Of a DNA stretch of 64,000 nucleotides, positions 42,329 to 52,914 are shown one piece after another (position 1 is the first letter of the stretch; every line of letters begins with the position of its first letter). The position numbers were made by a program, and so were the translations under genes. The notes below the pieces were generated by a model. That model saw only the letters and a list, made by a program, of their open reading frames with translations. It had not been told where the DNA came from and searched no databases. The stretch covers positions 128,001 through 192,000 of the forward strand of contig OY759974.1 of NCBI GenBank assembly GCA_963662945.1. The letters are read 5' to 3'. The DNA comes from Arcobacteraceae bacterium (GTDB lineage Bacteria; Campylobacterota; Campylobacteria; Campylobacterales; Arcobacteraceae).

Positions 42329-42970
42329 CTATATTTGCAAACTTTTTATAGCAGCACTATAATCAGATGCTCCATATACATAACTTCCAGCAACTACTAT
42401 ATCTACACCTGCTTCTTTTAATTGTTGAATATTTTTATCATTTACTCCACCATCAACTTCTATTAGACAGTTTGGATTTCTTTTATTGATAAGCTCTTTT
42501 AATTTTGTAGCTTTTTCTATCACTGAAGGTATAAATTTTTGTCCACCAAACCCAGGATTTACTGACATTAAAAGTACCATATCTAAATCTTCTAGAAGAT
42601 ATTCTATAGCTTCAGGTGGAGTATGTGGATTTAAAGTTATTGCAGGTTTAATCCCATAATCTCTTATTTTTTGAATCAATCTATGTGGATGTTTTTCCTC
42701 TTCAATATGAAAAGAGATATACTCTGGCTTTAAAGGAGCAAATAAGTCTACAAAAAAACTATTATTTTCAACCATAAGATGAATATCAAGTGGTTTCGTT
42801 GCTACTTTTGCAACCGAGCTTACAACAACTGGTCCTATTGTTAAGTTTGGTACAAAATGTCCATCCATAACATCAACATGTATAAAATCACAACCACCAT
42901 CACAAATGGCAATTATCTCCTCATTTAATTTTCCAAAATCTGCACTTAATATACTTGGCGCTACTAACAT
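42329..42970 (-). CDS. rpe: Ribulose-phosphate 3-epimerase
   Basis: APSILSADF, HVDVMDGHFVPN, MSVNPGFGGQ, EVDGG. Confidence 0.97.
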   Translation of the reverse strand: MLVAPSILSADFGKLNEEIIAICDGGCDFIHVDVMDGHFVPNLTIGPVVVSSVAKVATKPLDIHLMVENNSFFVDLFAPLKPEYISFHIEEEKHPHRLIQKIRDYGIKPAITLNPHTPPEAIEYLLEDLDMVLLMSVNPGFGGQKFIPSVIEKATKLKELINKRNPNCLIEVDGGVNDKNIQQLKEAGVDIVVAGSYVYGASDYSAAIKSLQI

Positions 42971-43022
42971 ATACTATCCCTTTTTTTAATTATTGTGATT
43001 ATATCAAAATCTATCTTATTCT

Positions 43023-43562
43023 CTATTTTTCACCAAATTTTCTATAAAAATAAAAAACTACAATGAGAATCACTGCTACAAAAATCAATCCATAAGTTTT
43101 AAATTCTTCTAGATATGTATAAACAAGTTCTCCTAGCATATAAGCTGAAAGTCCTATAATAAGAGACCATACGACCGCAGCAAAAAAATTAAATATCATA
43201 AATTTTTTATAATCATATTTTGTTAATCCCATAGCAAGAGGAATAAGAGTTTTGATACCATAAATATATTTTTGTAAAAATATAACCCAAGTACCGTATT
43301 TACGCATCATTAGATGAGCCATAGCTATTTTTCTTTTATGTTTCTCCATCATTTGTTTTGCTTGATGTTTATTTTTTCTAGCAACAAGAAATAAAAATTG
43401 ATCACCAATAAAATTTGCACTTGCTGCTACTAATATTGTAATAACAATATTTAAGTCTCCACTATAAGATAAAATACCTGCAACAACAAGTGCTACAAAT
43501 CCTCCACCAAATGAATATAAAAAAAGTATAATATATCCCCAATCTCGTATAAGTTCTTCCAT
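43023..43562 (-). CDS. DedA-family membrane protein
   Basis: WGYIILF, ANFIGDQFLF, KYIYGIKT, FMIFNFFAAVVW. Confidence 0.88.
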   Translation of the reverse strand: MEELIRDWGYIILFLYSFGGGFVALVVAGILSYSGDLNIVITILVAASANFIGDQFLFLVARKNKHQAKQMMEKHKRKIAMAHLMMRKYGTWVIFLQKYIYGIKTLIPLAMGLTKYDYKKFMIFNFFAAVVWSLIIGLSAYMLGELVYTYLEEFKTYGLIFVAVILIVVFYFYRKFGEK

Positions 43563-43705
43563 AATAATTTTATTTCCTAAATGTTTTTGGGGATTTTAAC
43601 CAAATAACTTTTAACTTGTTATTTAACTTTATAATTAAAGTTTTATAAAATTAAAATATATCTTAAGTATAATAGTACCCTATATTGAAAATGTTGGGAC
43701 ATTAA

Positions 43706-44266
43706 ATGAAATTTATTGTTATCTTATTGATCTATTTTGTCTATTCTATAGCAGATGAACATACTTTAGATTTTACAAATAGACACAAATATTTTATTAA
43801 AACTCACTATGGGTTAATGGCTTTACATAGATTTTACATCATTGAAGAAGAGATATTTAAGCTACAATATACTTCAAATAAATTACAGAAATTAAGGACT
43901 ATTAATAAACTTATTAATAAATTTCATTTCAAAGAAGATATCAAACATTGGAATCAAAATGATTATTGGGCTTCACTCATAGAATTAATAGGTACAGGTG
44001 CTGGAGATGGGGAAGATTTGGCAATGGCAAAATACTTTATATTGTCACATTTAGGATTTGCAAAAAATCAATTTAAATTTTTTATCAATAAAAAGAACAA
44101 TCAAATTGTCCTTGGCTATCAGCATAAAAAAGAAGGTAAATATGTTATTCTAAACCATAAAACTGACTCAATAAGTATTTTATATGATGATTTAGAATAC
44201 AGCCCATTAGAAATATCCGATGAATTTATAAATGAACAGTACAACAAAATGTTAATGATTAATTAG
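43706..44266 (+). CDS. Transglutaminase-like cysteine peptidase (LapG/C93-like), catalytic residues degenerate
   Basis: Signal peptide, INKLIN.F.F..DIKHWNQNDYWAS..E....GAGDGEDLAMAKY. Confidence 0.75.
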   Translation: MKFIVILLIYFVYSIADEHTLDFTNRHKYFIKTHYGLMALHRFYIIEEEIFKLQYTSNKLQKLRTINKLINKFHFKEDIKHWNQNDYWASLIELIGTGAGDGEDLAMAKYFILSHLGFAKNQFKFFINKKNNQIVLGYQHKKEGKYVILNHKTDSISILYDDLEYSPLEISDEFINEQYNKMLMIN

Positions 44267-44302
44267 CTATAATCACAAAAAATATAATCAAGGAATAAAA
44301 TT

Positions 44303-45490
44303 ATGATTTTTACAAAAGAAGAATTTAAAGCAAAAGTTGAAGAGATCCAATCACAATCATGGTATAAAAACCCTATTGGTTTTGGAATTGCCAGAGTTGA
44401 TAGAGGACAATTAAATAGTGAAAAAATACTACAAGCTACATATCCAGTTGTAAATTGGAATGAAAACTTTGGTAGTGCAGCTATATTTATGGATGCATTT
44501 AAAGCTTCTGGAGTTGAAATTGATACAACAAAAAGTGAAGTTGTACTTGATATAACAGATGATTTTATCGTAAACTGTATTGAATCTTTTAGACCATATT
44601 TACCAGAGGCTAAGGGTGAAGACCATAAAAATGTACAACTAATTTCTACACTTTCAGCACTACCAAGAGAATTAGGATTAACAGCTGATAACTTTAAAGT
44701 TGTTTTTATTTTTGAGGATACAAATCCTGCAAGCGTAGAATCTGCATATTTAAAACTATATGCACTTTCAACAGGAAAAGCTGAACTTAGAAAAATCAAC
44801 CTTAATGGTGCATTTGGTTTATTACACAATGTAGCTTGGTCAGATGGAAAACCAATTGAACTTGACTGGTTAAGAGCGAATGAACTTACATTAAAAGTAA
44901 CTGGTAAATACCCTGCAATTGATATGGTAGACAAATTCCCAAGATTTTTAAGTCATATTATTCCTGCTGATAACACAAGAATTCTTGATACATCAAAAGT
45001 AAGATTTGGTGCACAATTAGCTGCTGGAACTACAGTAATGCCTGGTGCTTCATATATCAACTTTAATGCAGGGACTTTAGGACCTGTTATGGTTGAGGGA
45101 AGAATATCTTCAAGTGCAATTGTTGGAAGTGGTAGTGATGTTGGTGGAGGCGCTTCAATCCTTGGAGTTCTTTCAGGAACAGATGGAAATCCTATCTCTA
45201 TAGGAGAAAATACACTTCTTGGTGCAAACTCAACTACTGGTATTCCTGTAGGTGATGGTTGTATTGTTGATGGTGGATTATCTGTATTTGCAGGAACAAA
45301 AGTAGCAATCAGTGATGAGCAAATTGCAAAAATTCAAGAAGTGAATCCAGAAGCTAAACTTACAAACCTTATGAAAGCTGCTGATTTAGCTGGGTTAAAT
45401 GGTCTTCACTTTAGACAAAATTCTCAAACAGGTCAATATATTGTTATGAGAAGTACAAGAGAAGTTAAACTGAATGACGAGTTACACTAA
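44303..45490 (+). CDS. dapD: Tetrahydrodipicolinate N-succinyltransferase
   Basis: AYLKLYALS, VDKFPR, YINFNAGTLG, VEGRISSS, GGGASILGVLSG, FRQNS. Confidence 0.94.
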   Translation: MIFTKEEFKAKVEEIQSQSWYKNPIGFGIARVDRGQLNSEKILQATYPVVNWNENFGSAAIFMDAFKASGVEIDTTKSEVVLDITDDFIVNCIESFRPYLPEAKGEDHKNVQLISTLSALPRELGLTADNFKVVFIFEDTNPASVESAYLKLYALSTGKAELRKINLNGAFGLLHNVAWSDGKPIELDWLRANELTLKVTGKYPAIDMVDKFPRFLSHIIPADNTRILDTSKVRFGAQLAAGTTVMPGASYINFNAGTLGPVMVEGRISSSAIVGSGSDVGGGASILGVLSGTDGNPISIGENTLLGANSTTGIPVGDGCIVDGGLSVFAGTKVAISDEQIAKIQEVNPEAKLTNLMKAADLAGLNGLHFRQNSQTGQYIVMRSTREVKLNDELH

Positions 45491-46208
45491 AACTCTACAT
45501 CTATATCAACCACAAAATGGGTATTGCTACAACAGCGATACCCATTTTTTATATAATTTTATACAAATCAATCTAGCTCATTACAAAAATATTCAAGGGG
45601 AACTTTTGGATATTGGAAGTGGAAGTGGAATCTTAGGTTTATTAGTAGCTAGAAACTATCCAAAACTTCATCTCAATCAATGTGAACTCCAAAATAGTTT
45701 TCAATTTTTATCACAAAAAAATAGTGAAGTAAATAATATAAAAAATAGTATCTACAAAGAAAGTTTTATAGAATGTTCTTTTGATAAAGAGTTTGACTAT
45801 ATTGTTTCAAATCCTCCATTTTATCATAGTGATGTGATAAAAAGTGAAAATGAAAATCTCAAAATAGCGAGATATTGTGATAGTTTACCACTAGAGATAC
45901 TTATCTCAAAATCAACAAAACTCCTTAAACCACAAGGAAAGTTTTTCTTTTGTTATGATGCAAAACAACTCGATAATATAATGTTTATATCAAAACAAAA
46001 TAAACTCAATATAGAATCAATCCAATTTTTACATCCAAACTCAAAAAAAGAGGCAAGTTTAGTGATGGTAATGGGAAGAAAAAACTCAAAATCAAAACTC
46101 AAAATATTGCCACCACTTATCATGTTTGAAGATAATGGTGAATTTAAAGAAGAGATTAATAAAATATATCAAAACTGCAATACTTATAGTATAAAATGTG
46201 AGATATAA
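45474..46208 (+). CDS. tRNA1(Val) adenine-N6 methyltransferase-like
   Basis: YQP..GYCYNSD, LLDIGSGSG, VSNPPFY, IARY. Confidence 0.82.
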   Translation: MTSYTKTLHLYQPQNGYCYNSDTHFLYNFIQINLAHYKNIQGELLDIGSGSGILGLLVARNYPKLHLNQCELQNSFQFLSQKNSEVNNIKNSIYKESFIECSFDKEFDYIVSNPPFYHSDVIKSENENLKIARYCDSLPLEILISKSTKLLKPQGKFFFCYDAKQLDNIMFISKQNKLNIESIQFLHPNSKKEASLVMVMGRKNSKSKLKILPPLIMFEDNGEFKEEINKIYQNCNTYSIKCEI

Positions 46209-46255
46209 GTAAGATTTTTGTATAATAAAACCTAAAATTAATAAAAAGAATAGAA

Positions 46256-46627
46256 GTGACAGAGCATAAAGAATACCCTTATAAATTTGATGAAAATAAG
46301 TGTAGTAGTTGTGAGGGAAACTGCTGTATCGGTGAATCTGGATATATTTGGATAACAAAAGCAGAATGTGAAAAGCTTGCATCTCATCTTAATATTACAC
46401 TTGATGAATTAGGAATGAACTATCTATTAAAAGTGGGATATAAATACTCTATAAAAGAAAGACAAATATCTCCAAATAATTATGCCTGTGTATTTTTTGA
46501 TTTAGAAAAAAAACAATGTAGTGTCTACGAAGCAAGACCAAACCAATGCAAAACATTTCCTTTTTGGGAATATTTTAAAAATAATATAAATGAGGTAAAA
46601 AAAGAATGTCCAGCTATAGTAGATTAG
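46256..46627 (+). CDS. YkgJ-family cysteine cluster protein
   Basis: CSSCEGNCC, CVFFD, CSVYEARPNQCKTFPFW, ECP. Confidence 0.9.
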   Translation: MTEHKEYPYKFDENKCSSCEGNCCIGESGYIWITKAECEKLASHLNITLDELGMNYLLKVGYKYSIKERQISPNNYACVFFDLEKKQCSVYEARPNQCKTFPFWEYFKNNINEVKKECPAIVD

Positions 46628-47892
46628 TAGTATTACTTTTTATATTACTTCTAAGTTCCGTTGGTTGTGCAAATCAAAACAATATTACAAAAAGTAATCC
46701 TGAAGAAGATTTATACATTATGTTAGCACTTGATAGTGAAAAAAATTCTGACTATAAAAATAGTTTTAAATTTTATAAAAAACTTTTTGATCTTACAGAA
46801 AAAGAAGATTATCTTAAAAAAGCAATTGAATATAGTTTTAGAACTGAACAATTTGAACAAATGTATAAATTATCGCAAGTTGCTCTCAAAGAATTTCCAA
46901 AAAGTAAAGAATATTTTTGGCGTCAACTTATTCTTGCTTTATACTCTTTAGGTAAAACGCAAGATGCGATTGATGAAGCTAAAGAATTGATAAAAGAGTT
47001 TCAATCTTCTCAAAGTTATGAACTCCTTGCAAATATTTATTATACATCAAAAGAATATGCAAATTCTATAAAATATTATGAAAGTGCTTATGCTTTAAAT
47101 CAAAATCAAAAAACTCTTATACAACTTACAAATATACTCTATAGCTATCTCAATAAAAAAGATGTAGCCCTTGCGTATCTTGAAACATATTTACAAACAA
47201 AAGGTTGTAGCGCACAAGTTTGTAATAAACTTATGCTTATCTATCAAGAACAAGGGAATATTGATGGTATGATTTCTATTTTAAATAGAATGTATGTAAA
47301 ATACAAAGACAATCCAGAGTTAAATAAAACGACTCTTTTTATTCAAAATCTTATCATATCACTTTTAGAAAAAAAAGATATTAAAAAAGCTATTAAGTTC
47401 TTAGAAGAAACTGGTGTTGACCAATCAAAACTTATCAATCTATATTACCAAGATAAGCAACTTGCAAAAGCACTAAAACTTACAAAAGAACTTTACAAGA
47501 AAACAAGAAAACCTGATCTTTTAGGGAAAATTGCTATGTATAGATTTGAACTAGCACCTGATAAGAAAAAAGTTATGCCAAATGTTATAGCTAATTTTGA
47601 ATTAGCTCTTAGTAGTGGGATAAATAATGCAAGTTATCAAAACTATTATGGTTATTTATTGATTGATTTTGATATTGATATAGAAAAAGGACTTAATCTA
47701 GTAAAAGAAGCTTTAAAAACAGCACCAAACAATATTGCATATCTTGATTCACTTGCTTGGGGATATTATAAATTAAACAAATGTGAAGAAGCATACAAAG
47801 TTATGTCAAAAGTTGTAGTAGCAGCTGGAGTTAGTGACAAAGAGATTAAAAAGCATTGGGAAAAAATTAAAAAATGTGTAAAGGGAAAATAA
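46606..47892 (+). CDS. TPR-repeat exported protein/lipoprotein
   Basis: Hydrophobic signal ending SVGC, helical repeats, [20 protein letters not shown]. Confidence 0.8.
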   Translation: MSSYSRLVVLLFILLLSSVGCANQNNITKSNPEEDLYIMLALDSEKNSDYKNSFKFYKKLFDLTEKEDYLKKAIEYSFRTEQFEQMYKLSQVALKEFPKSKEYFWRQLILALYSLGKTQDAIDEAKELIKEFQSSQSYELLANIYYTSKEYANSIKYYESAYALNQNQKTLIQLTNILYSYLNKKDVALAYLETYLQTKGCSAQVCNKLMLIYQEQGNIDGMISILNRMYVKYKDNPELNKTTLFIQNLIISLLEKKDIKKAIKFLEETGVDQSKLINLYYQDKQLAKALKLTKELYKKTRKPDLLGKIAMYRFELAPDKKKVMPNVIANFELALSSGINNASYQNYYGYLLIDFDIDIEKGLNLVKEALKTAPNNIAYLDSLAWGYYKLNKCEEAYKVMSKVVVAAGVSDKEIKKHWEKIKKCVKGK

Positions 47893-47896
47893 TAAT

Positions 47897-48700
47897 ATGA
47901 TTTTAGATGATATCATCAAAAAAACAAAAGAAGATTTAAAAATAAGAAAAGAAAAATACAGTATGGATTGGTTAGGAAGAAGCCTAGCTTACAATCCATA
48001 CTCTCCAAGAGATGTAAAACCATATTTAACAGCTACTAAAGAAGAACCAATAAGAATCATTGCTGAAGTAAAAAAAGCAAGCCCAAGTAAAGGTATTATA
48101 AGAGAAGATTTTGATCCATTAGCAATAGCACAAGAATATAGTAAAAATGGTGCTAATGCAATATCAGTACTTACTGAACCACATTTCTTTAAAGGTGATT
48201 TAGAATATCTTACAGGGATAAGAAGATATGTAGATACTCCACTTTTAAGAAAAGATTTTATTGTTGATAAATATCAAATTGTAGAAGCTTTAGCTTATGG
48301 TGCTGATTTTATACTTCTTATAGCAAAAGCATTAACAAAAAAAGAGCTTCAGGAGCTTTATGATTATGCATTGCATCTTGGACTTGAAGTTCTTGTAGAG
48401 ATACATGATAAAGAGGATTTAAAGAAAGCTATGGCATGTGGTGCACATATCATTGGGATAAACCATAGAAACCTTGAAACTTTTGAAATGGATATGAATC
48501 TTTGTCACGAACTTATTCCTATGATACCAAATGGAAAAATCATAGTTGCAGAAAGTGGTGTAAGTGACCAAGCAATTATCAAAGAACTTAGTGAAGCTGG
48601 TGCTGATGCATTTTTAATAGGTGAACACTTTATGAGACAAAATGATATAGGTGCAGAGGTACGAAAGCTAAAAAATAGTCCAACAAATCTTTTTAATTAA
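47897..48700 (+). CDS. trpC: Indole-3-glycerol phosphate synthase
   Basis: [37 protein letters not shown]. Confidence 0.97.
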   Translation: MILDDIIKKTKEDLKIRKEKYSMDWLGRSLAYNPYSPRDVKPYLTATKEEPIRIIAEVKKASPSKGIIREDFDPLAIAQEYSKNGANAISVLTEPHFFKGDLEYLTGIRRYVDTPLLRKDFIVDKYQIVEALAYGADFILLIAKALTKKELQELYDYALHLGLEVLVEIHDKEDLKKAMACGAHIIGINHRNLETFEMDMNLCHELIPMIPNGKIIVAESGVSDQAIIKELSEAGADAFLIGEHFMRQNDIGAEVRKLKNSPTNLFN

Positions 48701-48707
48701 CTAGTCA

Positions 48708-49679
48708 ATGGAAGATTTTAAAATACAAATTAAAAAGAGATTTTCTCAAGAAATTGATAATCTTGATTTCTCTTTAGATATTGATAGTTTAGAGATACGA
48801 TATAACACTATTGTTGAAGAGATTTTTGAAAAGATTAAAATCAAAAAAGAAAACTATTCTATTCCTATTTCAAAAACTTCAAATAACAATATCTGTTGCA
48901 GTAGTGAATTTGATATGGACTCTGGTAAATCTTTTGAAACACTTATTAATTCAAATACAAAAATAAGCTTTGAAAAAACGCCATTAAATGAATCACGAAG
49001 CATACCAAATAATTTTTCTCTTTCTTATGAAATGAAACAATTTGCTAAGTCAAAATTTATACAAAATGTTGAAGAAACTTTTGAGAATTTCAAACTGTAC
49101 TATCAGAGCAAAGGTACTATAAATAGTGACTGGGAAGCTGTTTGGAAACGATGGGTACTGAACCAAAACAAATATAAAAATCATCTTATCAAAACAACTA
49201 TCGATGAGAACCTTGAATTAAAAAATAATTTTTTAAAAATAGCACAAAACTATCTTGCTAAAAAAGATATAGAACTTGAATTTATAAAATTTAAAAATCA
49301 TTATATCTCTAATGGTGATTTAAAAGCATCTTGGGAAAAAGTGTGGGAAAATTGGTGCATCAATCATAAACAATTTAAACCAAAAGAACAGTCACAAAAA
49401 TCAAAAGAGAAGCAAGATTATAAATGGGACTTCAGAAAAGCAAAAGATGTAAGTGATAGAATCAAAGATTGGCTAGAGTTTGAAAAAGGGATAAATTGGC
49501 TTGATGATTACTATTGGAAAGGTAGAACAATACCAGGTATTGGTTGGCAAAAAGTGATGCATCCAGATTTTAACAAAGAGGAGATACTTCTATTTAAAAT
49601 AGATAGTGTTGATGGAAATTATATGTTACAATATCAAAGTGATGAGATAATAGATGCAGAGGTATTAGAAAATGACTAA
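48708..49679 (+). CDS. Hypothetical protein with two DnaT-like/phage-replisome C-terminal repeats
   Basis: FENFKLYYQSKG....DWEAVWKRW and FIKFKNHYISNG....SWEKVWENW. Confidence 0.6.
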   Translation: MEDFKIQIKKRFSQEIDNLDFSLDIDSLEIRYNTIVEEIFEKIKIKKENYSIPISKTSNNNICCSSEFDMDSGKSFETLINSNTKISFEKTPLNESRSIPNNFSLSYEMKQFAKSKFIQNVEETFENFKLYYQSKGTINSDWEAVWKRWVLNQNKYKNHLIKTTIDENLELKNNFLKIAQNYLAKKDIELEFIKFKNHYISNGDLKASWEKVWENWCINHKQFKPKEQSQKSKEKQDYKWDFRKAKDVSDRIKDWLEFEKGINWLDDYYWKGRTIPGIGWQKVMHPDFNKEEILLFKIDSVDGNYMLQYQSDEIIDAEVLEND

Positions 49680-50244
49680 AAAACAACAAGAGTTTTATAG
49701 AATACTTATAAACCAAATGATGGATTTCAACGAAGACTTCCACAAAGAGTTCACAATCAATAGAATTGAACAAATATCTGATGATAATCTCAAATACCTT
49801 CTTGAAGATATTAATACGGACAAAGACAATATAGTAAAGAAAAAAGGGTATATCACTTACGCTAAGTTTATCTACTATGCAGATAAAATGATAGATAAAA
49901 AAATCGAACTTAGTATGAAGCCACAAACTTCAAAGGTAGATGAACTCTATAATAAAAGAGAACTTCTTATAAATACCATACAAAATCAAACAAAATCTTT
50001 GCAAGAACGAAATGAGCTTATAGAAAATCTTAAAAACAGAGTTGTAATGTTTAAAAAAGAAGATGGAAAAAATATCTTAGATGAGATTGACTACTTTATC
50101 ATTGAACAGTTTGGATTTTATAACTTTTTTGATGAAAATAAAAACTATATGATAAAAGAGGAGATAGAAAACTATCTAAAACTCTACACTACAAATCAAA
50201 TGCTACTCAAAGAGAGCGATACAAAAAAACTTATCAATAATTAA
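49672..50244 (+). CDS. Hypothetical protein coupled to the DnaT-like gene
   Basis: 190-aa helical ORF overlapping the upstream gene by 8 nt. Confidence 0.7.
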   Translation: MTKKQQEFYRILINQMMDFNEDFHKEFTINRIEQISDDNLKYLLEDINTDKDNIVKKKGYITYAKFIYYADKMIDKKIELSMKPQTSKVDELYNKRELLINTIQNQTKSLQERNELIENLKNRVVMFKKEDGKNILDEIDYFIIEQFGFYNFFDENKNYMIKEEIENYLKLYTTNQMLLKESDTKKLINN

Positions 50245-50253
50245 AGATATCCC

Positions 50254-50262
50254 TGCTATAAT
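50254..50262 (+). promoter_or_regulatory. Extended -10 promoter of tRNA-Leu
   Basis: TGCTATAAT 14 nt upstream of the tRNA. Confidence 0.7.
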
Positions 50263-50276
50263 TCCAACTCAAAAGT

Positions 50277-50361
50277 GCCGCTGTGGTGGAATGGTAGACA
50301 CGCTAGATTCAAAATCTGGTAAGCTATGCTTGTACCGGTTCAAGTCCGGTCAGCGGTACCA
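50277..50361 (+). tRNA. tRNA-Leu(CAA)
   Basis: Acceptor GCCGCTG/CAGCGGT, D-loop GGAATGGTAGAC, anticodon arm CTAGA-TTCAAAA-TCTGG, long variable arm, T arm ACCGG-TTCAAGT-CCGGT, encoded CCA. Confidence 0.96.
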
Positions 50362-50363
50362 CT
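50346..50363 (+). repeat. attL core (18-bp direct repeat, tRNA 3' end)
   Basis: CCGGTCAGCGGTACCACT, identical to 59065-59082. Confidence 0.93.
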
Positions 50364-50476
50364 GACCTATATTTAATACAAATACATAAAACTATATAAA
50401 TATCCATAAATACTAGCCCTATTCTTAATATTGTTCTATAAAAATATATAAAGTTTAATTTAGATACCATTCTTGT

Positions 50477-50522
50477 AATACCTTTTTTGTTACCTTTTAT
50501 ATAAATTTGGTGTTACCTTTTT
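50477..50522 (+). repeat. Putative integrase arm-type sites (left)
   Basis: AATACCTTTTT (50477), TGTTACCTTTT (50488), TGTTACCTTTTT (50511). Confidence 0.7.
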
Positions 50523-50532
50523 TGGAGCGTGT

Positions 50533-51678
50533 ATGAAAGATAAGCTTATATCAACAAAATATGAGGGTGTTTACTACAAAGAGTTAAATAAACTTTTCAA
50601 TGGTAAGCCTGACCTATCCTACTATATTATGTATAGAAGTGGTGGAAAACAGATAAAAAAATCTGTTGGTAAAAAATCTATGAAAATGACTACTGCTAAA
50701 GCTTATCAAAAAAGGCAAGATGTCATATACGAAATAAAACACGGTATAAATGAACATAATTCAAAAGATAAAACATTTATAGAACTCCTAGATAAATGGT
50801 ATGAAGATAAAAAAACTAATTTAAAATCTATACATGAAGATTATAATAGACTAAAAAAACATGCAACAATCATACTCAATAAACATATAAGCAATATCAA
50901 ATCATCAGATATAAAAACAATATATGATCATATGATAGATAATGGACTTAGTGAACAAACATTTAAAAGAGTTTTTTCTATGTATAAAAGAGTTATGAGC
51001 CACAGCCTAGCCCATGAATACATTAAACAAGTTCCAAATGTTGTATTTAATAAATCTATCAAAGATAATAAAGTAACAGAGATATACACAGATGATATGA
51101 TAAAAAACTACATAGAAGTGATACAAAACTATCCTGATACAACTATAGCTAAAATAATCATGCTTATACTCAATACAGGTATGAGAAGAAGTGAACCACC
51201 CAAATTAAAATGGTTCAATTATAGCTATGAAAATAGTACTGTTATTATAGAAGATGCAAAAAGTGGTCAAAATGAAACTTATTATCTATCAAATAAAGCA
51301 AAAGAGATTATAGAATCACAAAGAGGATTTACACGATCGTATATATTTGAAGATTATCATAGAAATCCTATCAAAGTAGGAAAAATATCTTATCATGCTT
51401 CAAGGATGAAGCTTATGGCGGGATTACCTGACCATTTTAGACCATTACACAGTCTAAGACATAGATTTGGTACAGAACTAGCAAAAAGCGGTCTTAATGC
51501 CTTTAAAATACAAAAAATGATGACACATAAGGATATTAAAACTACTCAAAGATATATAGACTTAGCAGATAAAGATATCTTAGATGATTTAAACAATGTG
51601 GAGCAGAACTCAAATATTGGGAATATTAACACTAATATAGAATCTAAAATGATAAGAGTAGATATCCATAATAATTAG
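50533..51678 (+). CDS. int: Tyrosine integrase
   Basis: Arm-binding N-terminus, LNTGMRRSE, AKSG, HSLRHRFGT, THKDIKTTQRY (complete R-K-HxxR-H-Y set). Confidence 0.95.
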   Translation: MKDKLISTKYEGVYYKELNKLFNGKPDLSYYIMYRSGGKQIKKSVGKKSMKMTTAKAYQKRQDVIYEIKHGINEHNSKDKTFIELLDKWYEDKKTNLKSIHEDYNRLKKHATIILNKHISNIKSSDIKTIYDHMIDNGLSEQTFKRVFSMYKRVMSHSLAHEYIKQVPNVVFNKSIKDNKVTEIYTDDMIKNYIEVIQNYPDTTIAKIIMLILNTGMRRSEPPKLKWFNYSYENSTVIIEDAKSGQNETYYLSNKAKEIIESQRGFTRSYIFEDYHRNPIKVGKISYHASRMKLMAGLPDHFRPLHSLRHRFGTELAKSGLNAFKIQKMMTHKDIKTTQRYIDLADKDILDDLNNVEQNSNIGNINTNIESKMIRVDIHNN

Positions 51679-51704
51679 CTATGCAAGTACTTAAAATATA
51701 TAAA

Positions 51705-51733
51705 TTGTCAAAAATTATAAAATATGCTATAAT
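51705..51733 (+). promoter_or_regulatory. Sigma70 promoter of the TA-like pair
   Basis: TTGTCA-17 nt-TATAAT with TG extension. Confidence 0.75.
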
Positions 51734-51758
51734 CACTAAATAAAATGAAAGGATTAAT

Positions 51759-52178
51759 ATGTCTATAGCAATACAAAACAATATGATATTTGCACCAATG
51801 ATGATTAAAGATGTATTAACAGCGTTAAAGGATAAAGCTGTAGATATTAAAGATAAAACTATTTTTAATAGCATGTATAAGATACTAGATATTGCTAGAG
51901 CTGATACTGCTAATGATGCAAAAGAGATTAATAATGATTTAGAAAATATATCAATAGAAGATATAGCAACAATCGAATTTACTCAAGCATTTGAAACATT
52001 AGAATATCTCAAAGATAACTTAATGTCATTAGAAGAACTTTATGCAAATAGTGATAATGCTTATGAAATACAACTTTATGAGATTGTAGATGAAACATTA
52101 GATAATGTTTGGCAAATTATCAATGCTTTTATGTACTTAAACTCGAAACTAGCAAAATACAAACTACAAGCTTCTTAA
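51759..52178 (+). CDS. Acidic hypothetical protein, probable antitoxin
   Basis: Acidic helical 139 aa; its TAA overlaps the ATG (TAATG) of the downstream RelE-like toxin. Confidence 0.6.
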   Translation: MSIAIQNNMIFAPMMIKDVLTALKDKAVDIKDKTIFNSMYKILDIARADTANDAKEINNDLENISIEDIATIEFTQAFETLEYLKDNLMSLEELYANSDNAYEIQLYEIVDETLDNVWQIINAFMYLNSKLAKYKLQAS

Positions 52179-52471
52179 TGAATATTATATTTGACAGTAA
52201 CTTTTCAAGAACAGCAAATAAATTAATTAAAAAAAGTGATTTAACACAAGAAGCTGTTGATAAAACTATAGAACAATTTAAAGACAATCCTAATTATCCA
52301 TCGCTAGAATTTAAACACATTACTTGTAAAAGAGATAAAAATAAATATTCTCTAAGAATAAATAAAAATTATCGTATTTTAGCTCATAAAATGGATGAGG
52401 AAAACATACTATTTGAATATGTACTAAATCACAAAGATTATGATAGAGCAGTGAAGCCACAAAACTGTTAA
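52178..52471 (+). CDS. RelE/HigB-like toxin
   Basis: From ATG 52178: MNIIFDSNFSRTANKL...F.DNPNYPSLEFKHI...YSLRINKNYRIL...NHKDYD. Confidence 0.75.
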   Translation: MNIIFDSNFSRTANKLIKKSDLTQEAVDKTIEQFKDNPNYPSLEFKHITCKRDKNKYSLRINKNYRILAHKMDEENILFEYVLNHKDYDRAVKPQNC

Positions 52472-52914
52472 AACATTCCCCCTCATTACAAAAATAACTT
52501 TCTAAAAAGAGATATCTCTCTGCTGCTAAATGATCTATTCCTGGTACTCGTTGTAGCTGCTACACAAAAACTCTTATAAATACCATAACAAAAGGATTTT
52601 TACAACATCATAACAATTAACTTTTTTTAACTATATTATCACTTTTTTACAACTTTTTTATACTTTTTTATCATTCTTTAGTATCAAGAAAATAAAAAAT
52701 AATCTTTATTAAACAAAAAACTAAATATTCTAGTTGATCTAGTAATGATAGAAAACCTTAATCTCTATAAAGCCTATAAGTATGGGCTTTGTGTTTATTA
52801 ACTACATTCATTAATTTCACACGATCTACAAAAGAACTCAAAAAACTAATTTTATCCATCCATTTAAATCGTATCCTGTTGAGTCACTTACCTTATTTAC
52901 ACTTTTTAAAAATA

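Noticed and set aside
44263-44934. 223-aa antisense ORF over dapD, and the many short shadow ORFs within cheB, purD, ppk2, uup, carB and glnD
   Set aside because: They lie opposite or within well-supported genes and show no motifs; codon-bias shadows.
52109-52177. ORF-track N-terminal extension of the toxin
   Set aside because: Overlaps the upstream gene; ATG 52178 (TAATG coupling) gives a typical ~97-aa toxin.
52472-52640. Possible antisense RNA downstream of the toxin (small palindromes GAGATATCTC, TGTAGCTGCTACA)
   Set aside because: No convincing promoter-terminator pair could be assigned.
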